Assembly: GCF_002113885.1 (NCBI RefSeq)
Contig: NW_018408896.1
Coordinates: forward strand, 186,001-250,000
Direction: 5' to 3'
Origin: Mizuhopecten yessoensis
Taxonomy: Eukaryota
DNA length: 64,000 nucleotides
Shown here: one piece after another, positions 51,801 to 63,866 of the stretch
How the letters are laid out: each line of letters opens with the position of its first letter
Position numbering within the stretch: the stretch's first letter is position 1
Position numbers and translations under genes: made by a program
Notes under the pieces: model-generated
Databases searched by the model: none
The model's input: the letters and a program-made list of their open reading frames with translations, nothing else
What the model was told of the DNA's origin: nothing

Positions 51801-54800
51801 GGCCTCTCTGAGCAAGAAAGAACTGTAGGCTAAAGTCATCTTTTAGGGCAAACTTGCTTGCTGTCCGTTTGTGCAAGCAATTTGTTACTGACTGAGTAGC
51901 ATTACCCTCAGAAAACATGATTCAAAGCTTTTGACACATTTGACCCTGTGACACTGAAATCATGTTAAATTATGGTCCATCAGTCCAACAGAGTTGATAG
52001 TTCTTCACCCAGTATACAACCAGTAAATGTAGCTAAGCAATCTAGCTGCTTATGCAGCAGAAGATGCTTTATCATCTATTGACATTTGACCCAATGTGGG
52101 TCAAGGTCAATCATTTAGATTTATTGGTAGTGCTTCATCCAAACACTACTGGCAATACATCCTGACCCTAGGCATTTGGTTATTCAGACTTATTTGTTTG
52201 AAGTTTTTTTACACATTTAATTACAGATGTAATCCCTGCGACCTTGAAAGTGGGTCAAGGTCATTCATCTGAATACATTAATAGCCCTCCACCTTTAGAA
52301 TACTACAAACCAAATACCATGATCCTAGATCTAGACCTCTTTGTTATTCAAAAGATGTTGTTTAAATGTTTTCACACCATTGAGCCCTGGGACCTTGAAA
52401 ATAGGTCAATTTCTTTTATTTGAAAAACGTCATAACCCGGCCTCCAACCCATTATAAAATGTACTACTGGTCATCTATTACCAGTATGACCCTTTGCCAC
52501 TTTTATTACCTCCAGAGCACGACTGAATGACCCCACATCTAATACTAAGTTTCCTCCATCTTTGTAATATCTCCTGTCAAAACAAAACATGTAATTATTA
52601 CTTTCCTGTCGGAGTGCATTTTCGGAAAATATCTTTTAATTTTCATGAAGAACATTTTTGAAGTCGATCATGTCTGCTGAATTTTAGTATCTGGTTATAT
52701 TTAAATTATAGATTTGTTTTCGTCCTGATTTAATTGGATCAACAAAAACCTGTCAGTTGACAAAAATCTTTTAACTCATCTTTTGAAATCACTTTTCAAT
52801 AAAAGACACAATCAAAACAGAACAAAAACAATTTGTTTGCTGATTATATTAAAATCAAACTTAAAAATCAAGCAAAAGTTCTGAGTTGGAGATATGTTCA
52901 ATTTTAGGCTCAAATACCCAGTCATTATTCAAGGTTTATCAAAATTCACAAATAGTTATTGTCAGCTAGTTTAAATGCAAAACAGTCAATTGCATGCACT
53001 TATCTGACCATACCCTTTGCCCAGGGAGAAGAGGATGGGCTTATCCAATGATATCAGAGTCTGAAAGGTCTTGTTTAGGTTTGCATAGGAAAACTCATCA
53101 ATGGCATCCCCCACTACCACACAATTGGGATTATCCGTCGCCACATCGCCAAAATCTGCTAATGCACCTGACAGACCCGAAGTTCAGTTAAATGTTATCA
53201 ACATCAATGTTTTTAGTATTCAATAATATATACTTTAGCTGCCATTAAACCCAGTATCCATCCCTAGTGCTAGAAACCCAGTATCTATCCCTAGTGCTAG
53301 AAACCCAGTATCTATCCCTAGTGCTGGAAACCCAGTATCTATCCCTAGTGCTGGAAACCCAGTATCTATCCCTAGTGCTAGAAACCCAGTATCTATCCCT
53401 AGTGCTGGAAACCCAGTATCTATCCCTAGTGCTAGAAACCCAGTATCTATCCCTAGTGCTGGAAACCCAGTATCTATCCCTAGTGCTAGAAACCCAGTAT
53501 CTATCCCTAGTGCTGGAAACCCAGTATCTATCCCTAGTGCTAGAAACCCAGTATCTATCCCTAGTGCTGGAAACCCAGTATCTATCCCTAGTGCTAGAAA
53601 CCCAGTATCTATCCCTAGTGCTAGAAACCCAGTATCTATCCCTAGTGCTGGAAACCCAGTATCTATCCCTAGTGCTAGAAACCCAGTATCTATCCCTAGT
53701 GCTAGAAACCCAGTATTTATTCCTAGTGCTGGAAACCCAGTATCTATCCCTTGTGCTAGAAACCCAGTATCCATCCCTAGTGCTGGAAACCCAGTACCCA
53801 TCCCTAATGCTAGAAACCCAGTATCTATCACTAGTGCTAGAAACCCAGTATCTATCCCTAGTGCTAGAAACCCTATATCCATCCCTAGTGTTAGAAACCC
53901 TATATCCATTCCTAGTGTTAGAAACCCAGTATCTATCCCTAGTGTTAGAAACCCAGTATCCATCCCTAGTGCTAGAAACCCAGTATCTATCCCTAGTGCT
54001 GGAAACCCAGTATCTATCCCTAGGGCTAGAAACCAAGTATCCATCCCTAGTGCTAGAAACCCAGTATTTATCCCTAGTGCTAGAAACCCAGTATCCATCC
54101 CTAGTGCTAGAAACCCAGTATCTATCCCTAGTGTTAGAAACCCAGTATCCATCCCTAATGCATGAAACCCAGTATCCATTCCTAGTGCTAGAAACCCAGT
54201 ATCCATCCCTCGTGCTAGAAACCCAGTATCTATCCCTAGTGCTAGAAACCCAGTATATATCCCTAGTGCTAGAAACCCAGTATCTATCCCTAGTGCTGGA
54301 AACCCAGTATCTATCTCTAAAGTGCTAGAAACCCAGTATCCATCCCTCGTGCTGGAAACCCAGTATCTATCCCTAGTGCTAGAAACCCAGTATCTATCCC
54401 TTGTGCTGGAAACCCAGTATCCATCCCTAGTTCTGGAAACCCAGTATCCATCCCTAGTGCTAGAAACCTATTATTCATCCCTAGTGCTAGAAACCCAATA
54501 TCTATCCCTAGGGCTAGAAGCCTAGTATCTATCCCTAGTGCTAGAAACCCAATATCTATCACTAGTGCTAGAAACCCAGTATCCATCCCTAGTGCTGGAA
54601 ACCCAGTATCCATCCCTAGTGCTAGAAACCCAGTATCTATCCCTAGTGCTAGAAACCAAGTATCTATCACTAGTGCTGGAAACCCAGTATCCATCCCTAG
54701 TGCTAGAAACCCAGTATCTATCACTAGTGCTAGAAACCTAAATTCCATCCCTAGTGCTAGAAACACAGTATCTATCCCTAATGCTAGAAACCCAGTATCT

Positions 54801-57800
54801 ATCCCTAGTGCTAGAAACACAGTATATATCCCTAGTGCTAGAAACCCAGTATCCATCCCTAGTGCTGGAAACCAAGTATCTATCCCTAATGCTAGAAACC
54901 CAGTATCCATCCCTAAAGTGCTAGAAACCCAATATCCATCCCTAGTGCTAGAAACCCAGTATCCATCCCTAGTGCTAGAAACCCAGTATATATCCCTAGT
55001 GCTAGAAACCTAGTATCTATCCCTAGTGCTAGAAACCCAAAATCCATCACTAATGCTAGAAACCCAGTATCCATCGCTAGTGTAGAAACCCAGTATCTAT
55101 CCCTAGTGCTAGAAACCCAAATTCCATCCCTAGTGCTAGAAACCCAGTATCCATCCCTAGTGCAAGAAACCCAGTATCTATCCCTAGTGCTAGAAACCAA
55201 GTATCTATCACTAGTGCTGGAAACCCAGTATCCATCCCTAGTGCTAGAAACCAAGTAGCTATCCCTAGTGCTGGAAACCCAGTATCTATCCCTAGTGCTA
55301 GAAACCCAGTATCTATCCCTAATGCTAGAAAGAAACCCAGTATCTATCCCTAGTGCTAGAAACCTAGTATCTATCCCTAGTGCTAGAAACCCAAAATCCA
55401 TCACTAATGCTAGAAACCCAGTATCCATCGCTAGTGTAGAAACCCAGTATCTATCCCTAGTGCTGGAAACCCAAATTCCATCCCTAGTGCTAGAAACCCA
55501 GTCTCTATCCCTAATGCTAGAAACCCAGTATCCATCCCTAAAGTGCTAGAAACCCAATATCCATCCCTAGTGCTAGAAACCCAGTATCCATCCCTAGTGC
55601 TAGAAACCCAAATTCCATCCCTAGTGCTAGAAACCCAGTATCTATCCCTAATGCTAGAAACCCAGTATCCATCCCTAAAGTGCTAGAAACCCAATGTCTC
55701 CCTAGTGCTAGAAACCCAGTATCCATCCCTAGTGCTAGAAACCCAGTATCCATCCCTAGTGCTAGAAGCCTAGTATCTATCCCTAGTGCTAGAAACCCAG
55801 TATCCATCCCTAGTGCTGGAAACCCAGTATACATCCCTAGTGCTGGAAACCCAGTATCCATCCCTAGTGCTAGAAACCCAGTATCCATCCCTAGTGCTAG
55901 AAGCCTAGTATCTATCCCTAGTGCTAGAAACCCAGTATCTATCCCTAGTGTTAGAAACCCAAATTCCATCCCTAGTGCTAGAAGCCTAGTATCTATCCCT
56001 AGTGCTAGAAACACAGTATATATCCCTAGTGCTAGAAACCCAGTATCTATCCCTAGTGCTAGAAACCCAGTATCCATCCCTAGTGCTAGAAACCCAAATT
56101 CCATCCCTAGTGCTAGAAACCCAGTATCTATCACTAGTGCCGGAAACCCAGTATCCATCCCTAGTGCTAGAAACCCAAATTCCATCCCTAGTGCTAGAAG
56201 CCTAGTACCTATCCCTAGTGCTAGAAACACAGTATATATCCCTACTGCTAGAAACCCAGTATCTATCCCTAGTGCTGGAAACCCAGTATACATCCCTAGT
56301 GCTAGAAACCCAGTATACATCCCTAGTGCTGGAAACCCAGTATACATCCCTAGTGCTAGAAACCCAGTATCTATCACTAGTGCTAGAAACCCAGTATCCA
56401 TCCCTAGTTCTAGAAACCCAAATTCCATCCCTAGTGCTAGAAACAAAGTATCCATCCATAGTGCTAGAATCCTAGTACATGTATTCATCCCTGGATAACA
56501 ACCTTTTTACTTTTCATATAGCTGGAGACTGGGCAGTGTGAGTTAATATATTTTCCACATAAGAAAGTACATTTTGGAATAAGCATTTTCTTTTCAAGCA
56601 CTTGGATAAACTCCCAAGCTTTTCACAGCTGCTCCTTTGACATACATTGTATATATAAAGTATGAAAACTAGTCATTGCAAAATTAACAACATCTTCGGG
56701 CAACTGTGTTTTACTTAACTTGTCTTTGCATGTCTCTATAAAACCCTAAGTGTACTCACTGGGATGTATAAGTAGATGTGGGCGGAGTCCTCTCTCCTTC
56801 AGCACCTGGCACATAGCAGGGATTGGTGGAAAAACTTCCTCTGGTTTCATGTCAGTGAATCCAAGACGTTTCAGTTTGTCCACAAGTACCTGTCTGGTGC
56901 AAGTCGTTTCATTGGTACAGAACCGTACTGGCAGCCCAGCATCTTTTAGTCTGCAAAAAATATCTATAATTAATCAATTGTCTCATGATCGGATGACAAG
57001 ATAAACTGTCAAATATGATTGGCCTGTAAGGTCAGGTAACATCTCTTCTGATAGACTGTCTAACATGTCTGGTCTCTAAAGACAGGTTGTTTCTCCTGAT
57101 AGACTGTCTAACATGTCTGGTCTCTAAAGACAGGTTGTTTCTCCTGATAGACTGTCTAACATGTCTGGTCTCTAAAGACAGGTTGTTTCTCCTGATAGAC
57201 TGTCTAACATGTCTGGTCTCTAAAGACAGGTTGTTTCTCCTGATAGACTGTCTAACATGTCTGGTCTCTAAAGACAGGTTGTTTCTCCTGATAGACTGTC
57301 TAACATGTCTGGTCTCTAAAGACAGGTTGTTTCTCCTGATAGACTGTCTAACATGTCTGGTCTCTAAAGACAGGTTGTTTCTCCTGATAGACTGTCTAAC
57401 ATGTCTGGTCTCTAAAGACAGGTTGTTTCTCCTGATAGACTGTCTAACATGTCTGGTCTCTAAAGACAGGTTGTTTCTCCTGATAGACTGTCTAACATGT
57501 CTGGTCTCTAAAGACAGGTTGTTTCTCCTGATAGACTGTCTAACATGTCTGGTCTCTAAAGACAGGTTGTTTCTCATGATAGACTGTCTAACATGTCTGG
57601 TCTCTAAAGACAGGTTGTTTCTCCTGATAGCCTGTCTAACATGTCTGGTCTCTAAAGACAGGTTGTTTCTCATGATAGATTGTCTAACATGTCTGGTCTC
57701 TAAAGACAGGTTGCCTCCCCTGATAAACTGTCTAACATATAATGTCTCTTAAGACAGGTTGTTTCTCCTGATAGACTGGCTAACATGTCTGGTCTCTAAA

Positions 57801-60800
57801 GACAGGTTGCCTCCCCTGATAAACTGTCTAACATATAAAGTCTCTTAAGACGGGTTGTTTCTCCTGATAGACTGGCTAACATGTCTGATCTCTAAAGACA
57901 GGTTGTTTCTCCTGATAGACTGCCTCATGTCTGATCTCTTAAGACAGGTTGTTTCTCATGATAGACTGTCTAACATGTCTGGTCTCTAAAGACAGGTTGT
58001 TTCTCATGATAGACTGTCTAACATGTCTTGTCTCTTAAGACAGGTTGTTTCTCCTGATAGACTGGCTAACATGTCTGGTCTTTAAAGACAGGTTGCCTCC
58101 CCTGATAAACTGTCTAACATATAATGTCTCTAATGACAGGTTGTTTCTCCTGATAGCCTGTCTAACATGTCTGGTCTCTAAAGACAGGTTGTTTCTCATG
58201 ATAGACTGTCTAACATGTCTTGTCTCTTAAGACAGGTTGGTTCTCCTGATAGACTGGCTAACATGTCTGGTCTTTAATGACAGGTTGCCTCCCCTGATAA
58301 ACTGTCTAACATATAATGTCTCTTAAGACGGGTTGTTTCTCCTGATAGACTGGCTAACATGTCTGGTCTCTAAAGACAGGTTGTTTCTCCTGATAGACTG
58401 CCTCATGTCTGGTCTCTTAAGACAGGTTGTTTCTCATGATAGACTGTCTAACATGTCTGGTCTCTAAAGACAGGTTGTTTTTCATGATAGACTGTCTAAC
58501 ATGTCTGGTCTCCTAAGACAGGTTGTTTTTCATGATAGACTGTCTAACATGTCTGGTCTTTAAAGACAGGTTGCCTCCCCTGATAAACTGTCTAACATAT
58601 AATGTCTCTACAGACAGGTTGTTTCTCCTGATAGACTGCCTAACATATATTGTCTCTAAAGACAGGTTGTCTCCCCTGATAGACTGTCTAACATATATTG
58701 TCTCTTAAGATAAATTGTCTCCCCTGATGGACTTTCCAACATATCTGGTCTCTATAGACAGGTTGTCTCTCCTGATAGATTGTCTAACATATATTGTCTC
58801 TTAAGATAAGTTGTCTCCCCTGATGGACTTTCCAACATATCTGGTCTCTATAGACAGGTTGTCTCTCCTGATGGACTGTCTTACATATCTGGTCTCTGAA
58901 GACAGGTTTTCACTCCTGATATGTGGTCTAACAAACCTAGTCTCTTAAGACAGGTTGTGTCTTCTGATATGTGGTCAAACGTGTCTAGACTCTGAAGACT
59001 GGTTGTCACTCCTGATATGAGGTCTAACATGTCTGGTCTCTGAAGACAGGTTGTCTCTCCTGATATGTGGTGTAACGTGTCTGGTCTCTACAAACAGGTT
59101 GTCTCTCCTGATATGTGGGGTAACGTGTCTGGTCTCTACAGACAGGTTGTCTCCCCTAATAAGTGGTCTAACATGTCTGGTCTCTATAGACAGGTTGTCT
59201 CTACTGATATGTGGTGTAACGTGTCTGGTCTCTACAGGCAGGTTGTCTCCCCTGATAAGTGGTCTAACATGTCTGGTCTCTATAGACAGGTTGTCTCTCC
59301 TGATAAGTGGTCTAACATATCTGGTCCCTACAGACAGGTTGTCTCCACTGATAAGTGGTCTAACATGTCTGGTCTCTACAGACAGGTTGTCTCCCCTGAT
59401 AAGTGGTCTAACATGTCTAGTCTCTACAGGCAGGTTGTCTCCCCTGATATGTGGTGTAATGTGTCTGGTCTCTACAGACAGGTTGTCTCCCCTGATAAGT
59501 GGTCTAACATGTCTGGTCTCTACAGACACGTTGTCTCCCCTGATAAGTGGTCTAACATGTCTAGTCTCTACAGACAGGTTGTCTCCACTGATAAGTGGTC
59601 AAACATGTCTTGTCTCTACAGACAAGTTGTCTCCCCTGATAAGTGGTCAAACATGTCTTGTCTCTACAGACAAGTTGTCTCCCCTGATATGTGGTCTAAC
59701 ATGTCTGGTCTCTACAGACAGGTTGTCTCTCCTGATATGTGGTCTAACATGTCTAGTCTCTACAGACAGGTTGTCTCCACTGATATGTGGTCTAACATGT
59801 CTAGTCTCTACAGACAAGTTGTCTCCCCTAATATGTGGTCTAACATGTCTAGTCTCTACAGACAGGTTGTCTCTCCTGATATTTGGTCTAACATGTTAGG
59901 TTTCTGAAGACATATAAGTAGTAATGAGAGATATCATCTACCTTCAAGTTTGAAATTCAGGGCAGGAAACTTAAAGCCTCTGTTCTGGCACTATAACTTT
60001 AAAAACATCACATTAAGTAGCCACATAATTTTGTTACCATGCAATTGATAGGATACTGAAAGTTCAACTGTTATCTATAATATACCACAACTTCAGATTC
60101 TTACATCGTTAAGGTGACAATCTCAGCTTGTTAGTCTACTAGAGTATCTTATCTAGACACTCACTCTACAAACTAGGCCATATAATATAATCTATAGTCA
60201 CTGGCAATTGTTCAAGCCCAGGTCCACTTCACAATTTGTGTAGCATAGTGCAGAGGTAGAACATTTATATACATACAGACAGAAATGTTAAGGGTAAAAA
60301 ATAGAGATACATATGTAATAGATTTTTGTCCTTACGTTTTTTCACAAATTTCTGTTTTAAGAAGATCAGGGTCATCTCCATTTGATGGGAAAATATAAAT
60401 ATATAGATTTCTCATATGATAGTGCAAGTCTGTGTTTAGCTGCTTGGGGACCCTGTGATACCAAGGGGCTTGTGGGAGTATATTTGCAATTTAATGCTTG
60501 AAATTTTGCTGGCTTTTGTGGTACAATTTTGAATAAATTAATCCTTATAGGGAAAGCATGTGTGCAACTCAGTTTGAATAAATTTTCCTATATGTGGGCA
60601 AATTTCTTATTTGATATTTCGGATGACATTTGTGCTGATCATATATATATGCTGTCGGCATTTTACAGCAAGGTAAGAAAGCACCTTTTTGAATTTGCTG
60701 ACAAAATCATTCAAATGTTTATTTAACTTTTTTTACTTCTTATGCTAATCCATTTGCTAAAAAAAGATTATACTACATGTATAATATTTTTTACTCTCAT

Positions 60801-62383
60801 ACGTCTATTTCAATCATTGGTTACCATCTTGTGTGCTAGCTTTTCCCCATCACTCCAAACCTATATGTATATATGGGAATTCATGCGGAGTGATCACATT
60901 TACAAGACAGTCAAGTCAATGTGGCACCTAGCGAAATCAAACTGTCAGAATTGCCAAACCAGAATCAAGTACACCTTATAACTCTTTAAAACTTATATGT
61001 GTAGGGGAACTCGACAGGGTCGATCGTCAGCAACCAGCAGGCAGCTCAATTGGTAGAGTGTCTGTCTAGAGTTTGGGATGGGTTCAAATCCTCAGGCTGG
61101 CTGTCCATTTTCTCTCTCCTGTAACAGTGAAGCCAGTACCTGTAACCAATCTTTGTCTTAATTACTACGTGGTGAATGCTTGGCAAGGAGATATATCTGC
61201 ACGTGTACACACTGTCGGTTGTGTAATATGTCTTCAAAGGCATTGAAAGTCACTTAGAAATCGCAAGAGGAATTAGCGGAAGTGAACTGGGTCAATCACC
61301 AGTGACCAATTGCAAGTAGACCAATTGGTTTAGTGTCTGTTTATAGTTATGAGGTCCTTGGTACAAATCTTGCCAGGGCATACATGCATTTCTCTCCCCT
61401 AGCTGTTACATCTTCTTCTTCTTCTTCTTCCAGGTAAGGAACCGAATTCAATAAATGAATGTATTTGGTTCCGCGAGAACTTTGCGCAGTGTCGGACAAC
61501 ACAGAAAGTATTCTCTTGGCTATTTACATTAAAACGTTCTCTATATGTATACAATTAAAATTATGTACAGGATGTTACTGTCTAGATTTTAGAGCCTTCA
61601 GGGCCGCTCTGAATCCTTCAACTGTGTTGGCTGATGTCGCTGATGTTGGTAGTTGGTTCCAGTCCCTGATGGTCCTTGGGAAGAATGATAGGCCGAAGGC
61701 ATCTGTTGTAGCCCTTTCTTGGTCGAAGCGGTTTTTACCTCTGGTCCAGCTATCATTTGGCGTCAGATATTGTTGCCGATCTATGTCTATTAGATCATGT
61801 TGTATTTTAAACAGCATGGATAGCCTATTTTGTTTTCTGCGGTCTTACATATGTTTTGGAATGAAAAGGAAGTGAATTAAAAACAGCAAAATGAACTAAA
61901 CGACATACCAACTAGAAGTAAAAAATATATCTAAAATATTAACAATGATGACTCCAACAACAAGATCCTTCTGAGGAACCAGTGCTGGAGAATAGCACAC
62001 TATGCATGATTGAATCTACTTCTTGTTTTGAAAATGAAATATTCCCTTAAAACAAAATGGTGGCCCATTATTTAGAAATACAATGGCTTTGGCAACAGAT
62101 ATCATATACATACAGCTTTTGGGGTGAAATTCAAACAGAGTGGACATTGGGGGTGGGGGGGGGGGGGGGGGAATACAGTATCAGACGCTGAAAGTGAAAG
62201 TAGAATACGTTACTCGACACAACCACGCAACTGGACTGCGTATGGAAATTGAATGAAAACTTGCCTCTTGACTGCATCTATAGATCCTTGTATGGCTTCT
62301 GACTCTCCACTTTCGTATAAAACGCCTGTTATGTCCAATAAAACACCTTCAACACCGTCTGTCCATTTCCTACCACTTGTCAT
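42833..62383 (-). CDS. LHPP: Phospholysine phosphohistidine inorganic pyrophosphate phosphatase (HAD family, 277 aa)
   Basis: Minus-strand exons 62383-62265, 56950-56760, 53167-53014, 52573-52510, 46201-46109, 45378-45287, 42953-42833 (834 nt): [72 protein letters not shown]. Intron 1 is GC-AG. Confidence 0.95.
43375..45286 (-). repeat. ~83-90-bp minisatellite (~22 copies) derived from LHPP exon 6 plus its 5' splice site
   Basis: Minus-strand unit GACATTGTGAGTGATGTAGGAGGGGCACTGGTATCTGGGATGAGAGGGGTGCTGGTCCRCACAGGTAAATACAG|GTAGGTAAG matches the exon 6 codons [25 protein letters not shown] and its donor. Confidence 0.93.
46906..47700 (+). mobile_element. 5'-truncated HERO-type retrotransposon copy (RLE domain + 3' UTR), head-to-tail with the full copy
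   Basis: Matches 50674-51468 (offset 3768); the only difference I could see is C47622 vs A51390. Confidence 0.95.
47532..47601 (+). ncRNA. Putative permuted hammerhead ribozyme with kink-turn (copy 1)
   Basis: GACCC-a-CCAGCC-g-GA-GGATG-TA^GTGAT-taa-GGGTC-GAAA-CATCT-gaa-GA-g-GGCTGG-cc-ATCAC-CTGATGA: four complementary helices plus the full core. Confidence 0.65.
47811..51272 (+). CDS. Retrotransposon protein: zinc finger, reverse transcriptase, CCHC knuckle, PD-(D/E)xK restriction-like endonuclease
   Basis: [22 protein letters not shown]; [39 protein letters not shown]; [17 protein letters not shown]; [25 protein letters not shown]. First in-frame ATG at 47973. Confidence 0.95.
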   Translation: MSATRSIAPARGHLYQATEQRKEQHPQSLPRGGEDERLTRTDQTETTRTRTNTTMIQTTLSGEPVEARCHCGKICKNSRGLKIHQARTKCGHREILTQRTDISNESGETQEELSQESNHSTESLQASVSPDGSIGNLNEASAHGVQAVRDRRLDKVQWPKTNDEAAWRNLDQDLEAILETTLQGNVERKVEALTSIVYSVCKERFGVETSRTQPRAKTTKENRRERKIKQLRKELRELGKRFKTAPESEKVGIQQIRDDLRETLRRLRNAERLRKGRKERAKRRADFVKDPFQFSKTLLGAERSGHLESSKEEVEAHLKGVHSDNRRAEPLGYCPRILEVEAPSAPLDTKLPTWKEIQDVVKKARSGSAPGPSGITYRVYKKCPRLLRRLWQLICKVWKKGTIPACWKKAEGIFAPKEKDSKTVEQFRTISLLSVEGKIFFSILAKRMTAYMVENSYVDTSSQKGGIPGFSGCVEHTSVISQLIREAKQKKGNLTVVWLDLANAYGSVPHKLIEAALDHYHIPEHIRKMIMSYFGGIQLRFTVGESTTAWQDLEKGIVTGCTISPILFIMGMNIIIKAAERETRGPRMESGIYQPANRGFMDDLTITTTTHVQARWVLSALEEVVTWARMQFKPRKSRCMIMRNGRLSRQFVLKVQEEEIPSIIGSPIKCLGKWFDDTLSDSQNHKNTQSQVRQWMKKIHKSGLPGKYKAWIYQHGMLPRLTWLLLLYEIPTSTVEGLEKMVNGYLRKWLGVPPSFTSVGLYSCSAELQLPFKSVVEEFKVAKCRLVMTLRDSKDVKISEAGIQTRTGRKWSASTAVGEAESMLELKDIIGNTCVGRQGVGFSHFQQWEKANTQERRQMVQKEIRRIEEERRRGKSVELSKQGAWTRWNLPERKMTWAEIWRMEPFRISFLLRSVYDTLPSPVNLHQWGLTEDPCCKLCGGRGTMAHILSGCKEALRQGRYRWRHDNVLRVLADILEVERRKKRTGVRTNQAGIKFVKPGEKATVKPRSTSSIFERASTWEMKVDLDRKLVFPGIVETTLRPDMVIWTEQSRHLIAIELTVPWEEGCEEAHERKKAKYDELMEKCRSRGWTVWLFPVEVGCRGFPAQSVWRTLRSIGLTGRARATAIRRLGEAAERASCWLWHKRDEPMWKPT
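51300..51369 (+). ncRNA. Putative permuted hammerhead ribozyme with kink-turn (copy 2)
   Basis: Identical to 47532-47601; predicted cleavage after A51321. Confidence 0.65.
53248..56490. repeat. 27-bp minisatellite, ~120 copies (LHPP intron 2)
   Basis: Unit AAACCCAGTATCTATCCCTAGTGCTRG. Confidence 0.96.
57040..59900. repeat. 48-bp minisatellite, ~60 copies (LHPP intron 1)
   Basis: Unit GACAGGTTGTTTCTCCTGATAGACTGTCTAACATGTCTGGTCTCTAAA, grading into a GATATGTGGTCTAAC variant. Confidence 0.96.
61000..61126 (+). mobile_element. Degenerate tRNA-containing LTR-like element
   Basis: TGTAGG...AGCTCAATTGGTAGAGTG...GGGTTCAAATCC...TCCTGTAACA; similar organisation to 40729-40884; no clear TSD. Confidence 0.45.
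61411..61850 (-). mobile_element. CR1-group LINE 3' end with (GAA)n tail
   Basis: [12 protein letters not shown]...[14 protein letters not shown], followed by a 3' UTR and (GAA)6. Confidence 0.8.
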
Positions 62384-62534
62384 TTTGACTTTCTACTGAC
62401 GGATGTTCGAAATGCGTGAACCTTTTTTTATTTGATAAGACTTTCGGGACATTTCAGACTTTTCCGTAGCGTTGCCACTGATCAGTTAACCTTGACATTG
62501 TCAACAAAAGATATCGGAACGTTTTGTTCAAATC
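62384..62534. promoter_or_regulatory. Probable bidirectional promoter region
   Basis: 151 bp between the divergent ATGs of LHPP (62383, -) and a + strand exon (62535); locally CpG-rich. Confidence 0.55.
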
Positions 62535-62660
62535 ATGGCGGAGAGGGATGCAGGTAGTAATCAAGAGGACGATCGTATTCCAACCAGCGTTCTCGTTCAA
62601 AATCAAATGAAAGATTTGATCGGTTTGCAAGATTTGACCATCAACAAACTTCAACAAGAT
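62535..62660 (+). CDS. First coding exon of an unidentified gene (possible coiled coil)
   Basis: aatcATGGCG Kozak context; MAERDAGSNQEDDRIPTSVLVQNQMKDLIGLQDLTINKLQQD, then donor GTAAGC at 62661. Confidence 0.6.
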
Positions 62661-63116
62661 GTAAGCAACCACTCACAATCACAAAGAGCAAATTTAAACT
62701 ATACTGTAACTTTGAATTGCAATGCAAGAACCTGTTGTGGCCTGTCACTTGCACAGGCTCCTAGCTAGTTATCGTCAGAGGTCCAGTTTCTTATAGAGAT
62801 TTTTTATATATTGCGTTACAGTTTCTGTGTTTTTATTTTTGCGCATCAGGCATTTTCAACGACGTTATCAGATTTGGGAAGCAATCAGTTGAAAACAAGT
62901 GAAGTCACACTATTTTACTTGGACTTCTGTAGTTTTTTTTCAGTTTTTTTTTGTTGTTTTTTTATAAAATTGGCATAAAAAACAACTGGAAAAGGTCAAT
63001 TTTAATGTGATTTTTTGTATGCCACAACACCTTTATCGTCTGCTAACCAAAATAATGGTACCGTCATGGTTAGTTTATCTGACCATTATGAACACCATCC
63101 AAAAGCATGATTCTTA

Positions 63117-63265
63117 TGTATAATAGGAGAATGAGATATTTAATCTCCAGACTGGGGTTGAACCCGTGACCCTCCAAACTCTAGATGGATCATGCTCTAC
63201 CAATTGAGCTACCTGGTGTTGTCGAAGATTGACCCAAAGTCAAGTACCACTATGTTTCTCCTCAC
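63117..63265 (-). mobile_element. Degenerate tRNA-containing LTR-like/SINE-like element
   Basis: Minus strand GGTAGCTCAATTGGTAGAGC...GGGTTCAACCCC with TCTCCTATTATACA end. Confidence 0.45.
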
Positions 63266-63866
63266 GTGTATTTTACTAAGTACATACATATGTTCCTTTT
63301 TATTGGGTTAGAACTTAGAATACAGAAACACTGAGCAAAATAAATCAATGTCAACTGACAACATCTTCCATCTTTAAATAACTGTTTATATCTAACCTGA
63401 ATAATCTTATGTTTTGTTTCAGATAACTTTACAGGAATCCACTCTGCGAGAAAGCTTCCTACCAAGAGAGGTTTATGATTCTGAACTCCAACAGTTTGAG
63501 GTATCATAGTAGCTCCAAGTCTTTCAAAATATTTCATACCTTGAAATAGATTGAGCTAGCATCTCAAATTAATCTAATCATTTTAGTTCTATACATTTGT
63601 AAAGTATTCCTGTTATTTGGGACATGTGTCCAACTCAAGTGGAACATGTGGGATGCAGGGTATAAATAAGCATAGCTATAGGCCTTTGTTTCTATAGCTA
63701 TACACTTATAATAAGTGTTGAGGGAACAAGATACAGTGAGTATAACACTAGTACTGGAACCCAGGTATCAAACCTTTAATTCAATTTAATACCAAGCTGG
63801 TCTAGATTCCAGATAAGTTTACTAATTATTAATGTGAAAATGGAATCAAGGTTAGTGGATCCTTAA

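Noticed and set aside
11602-59900. CRISPR-like appearance of the 27-48-bp arrays
   Set aside because: No unique spacers, no cas genes, eukaryotic context.
53235-59907. Long repetitive ORFs ([33 protein letters not shown])
   Set aside because: Unit lengths 27 and 48 are multiples of 3, so open frames arise trivially; they lie within LHPP introns.
62325-62340. LHPP DxT instead of the HAD DxD motif
   Set aside because: DxS/T is normal for the LHPP/HDHD2 subfamily.
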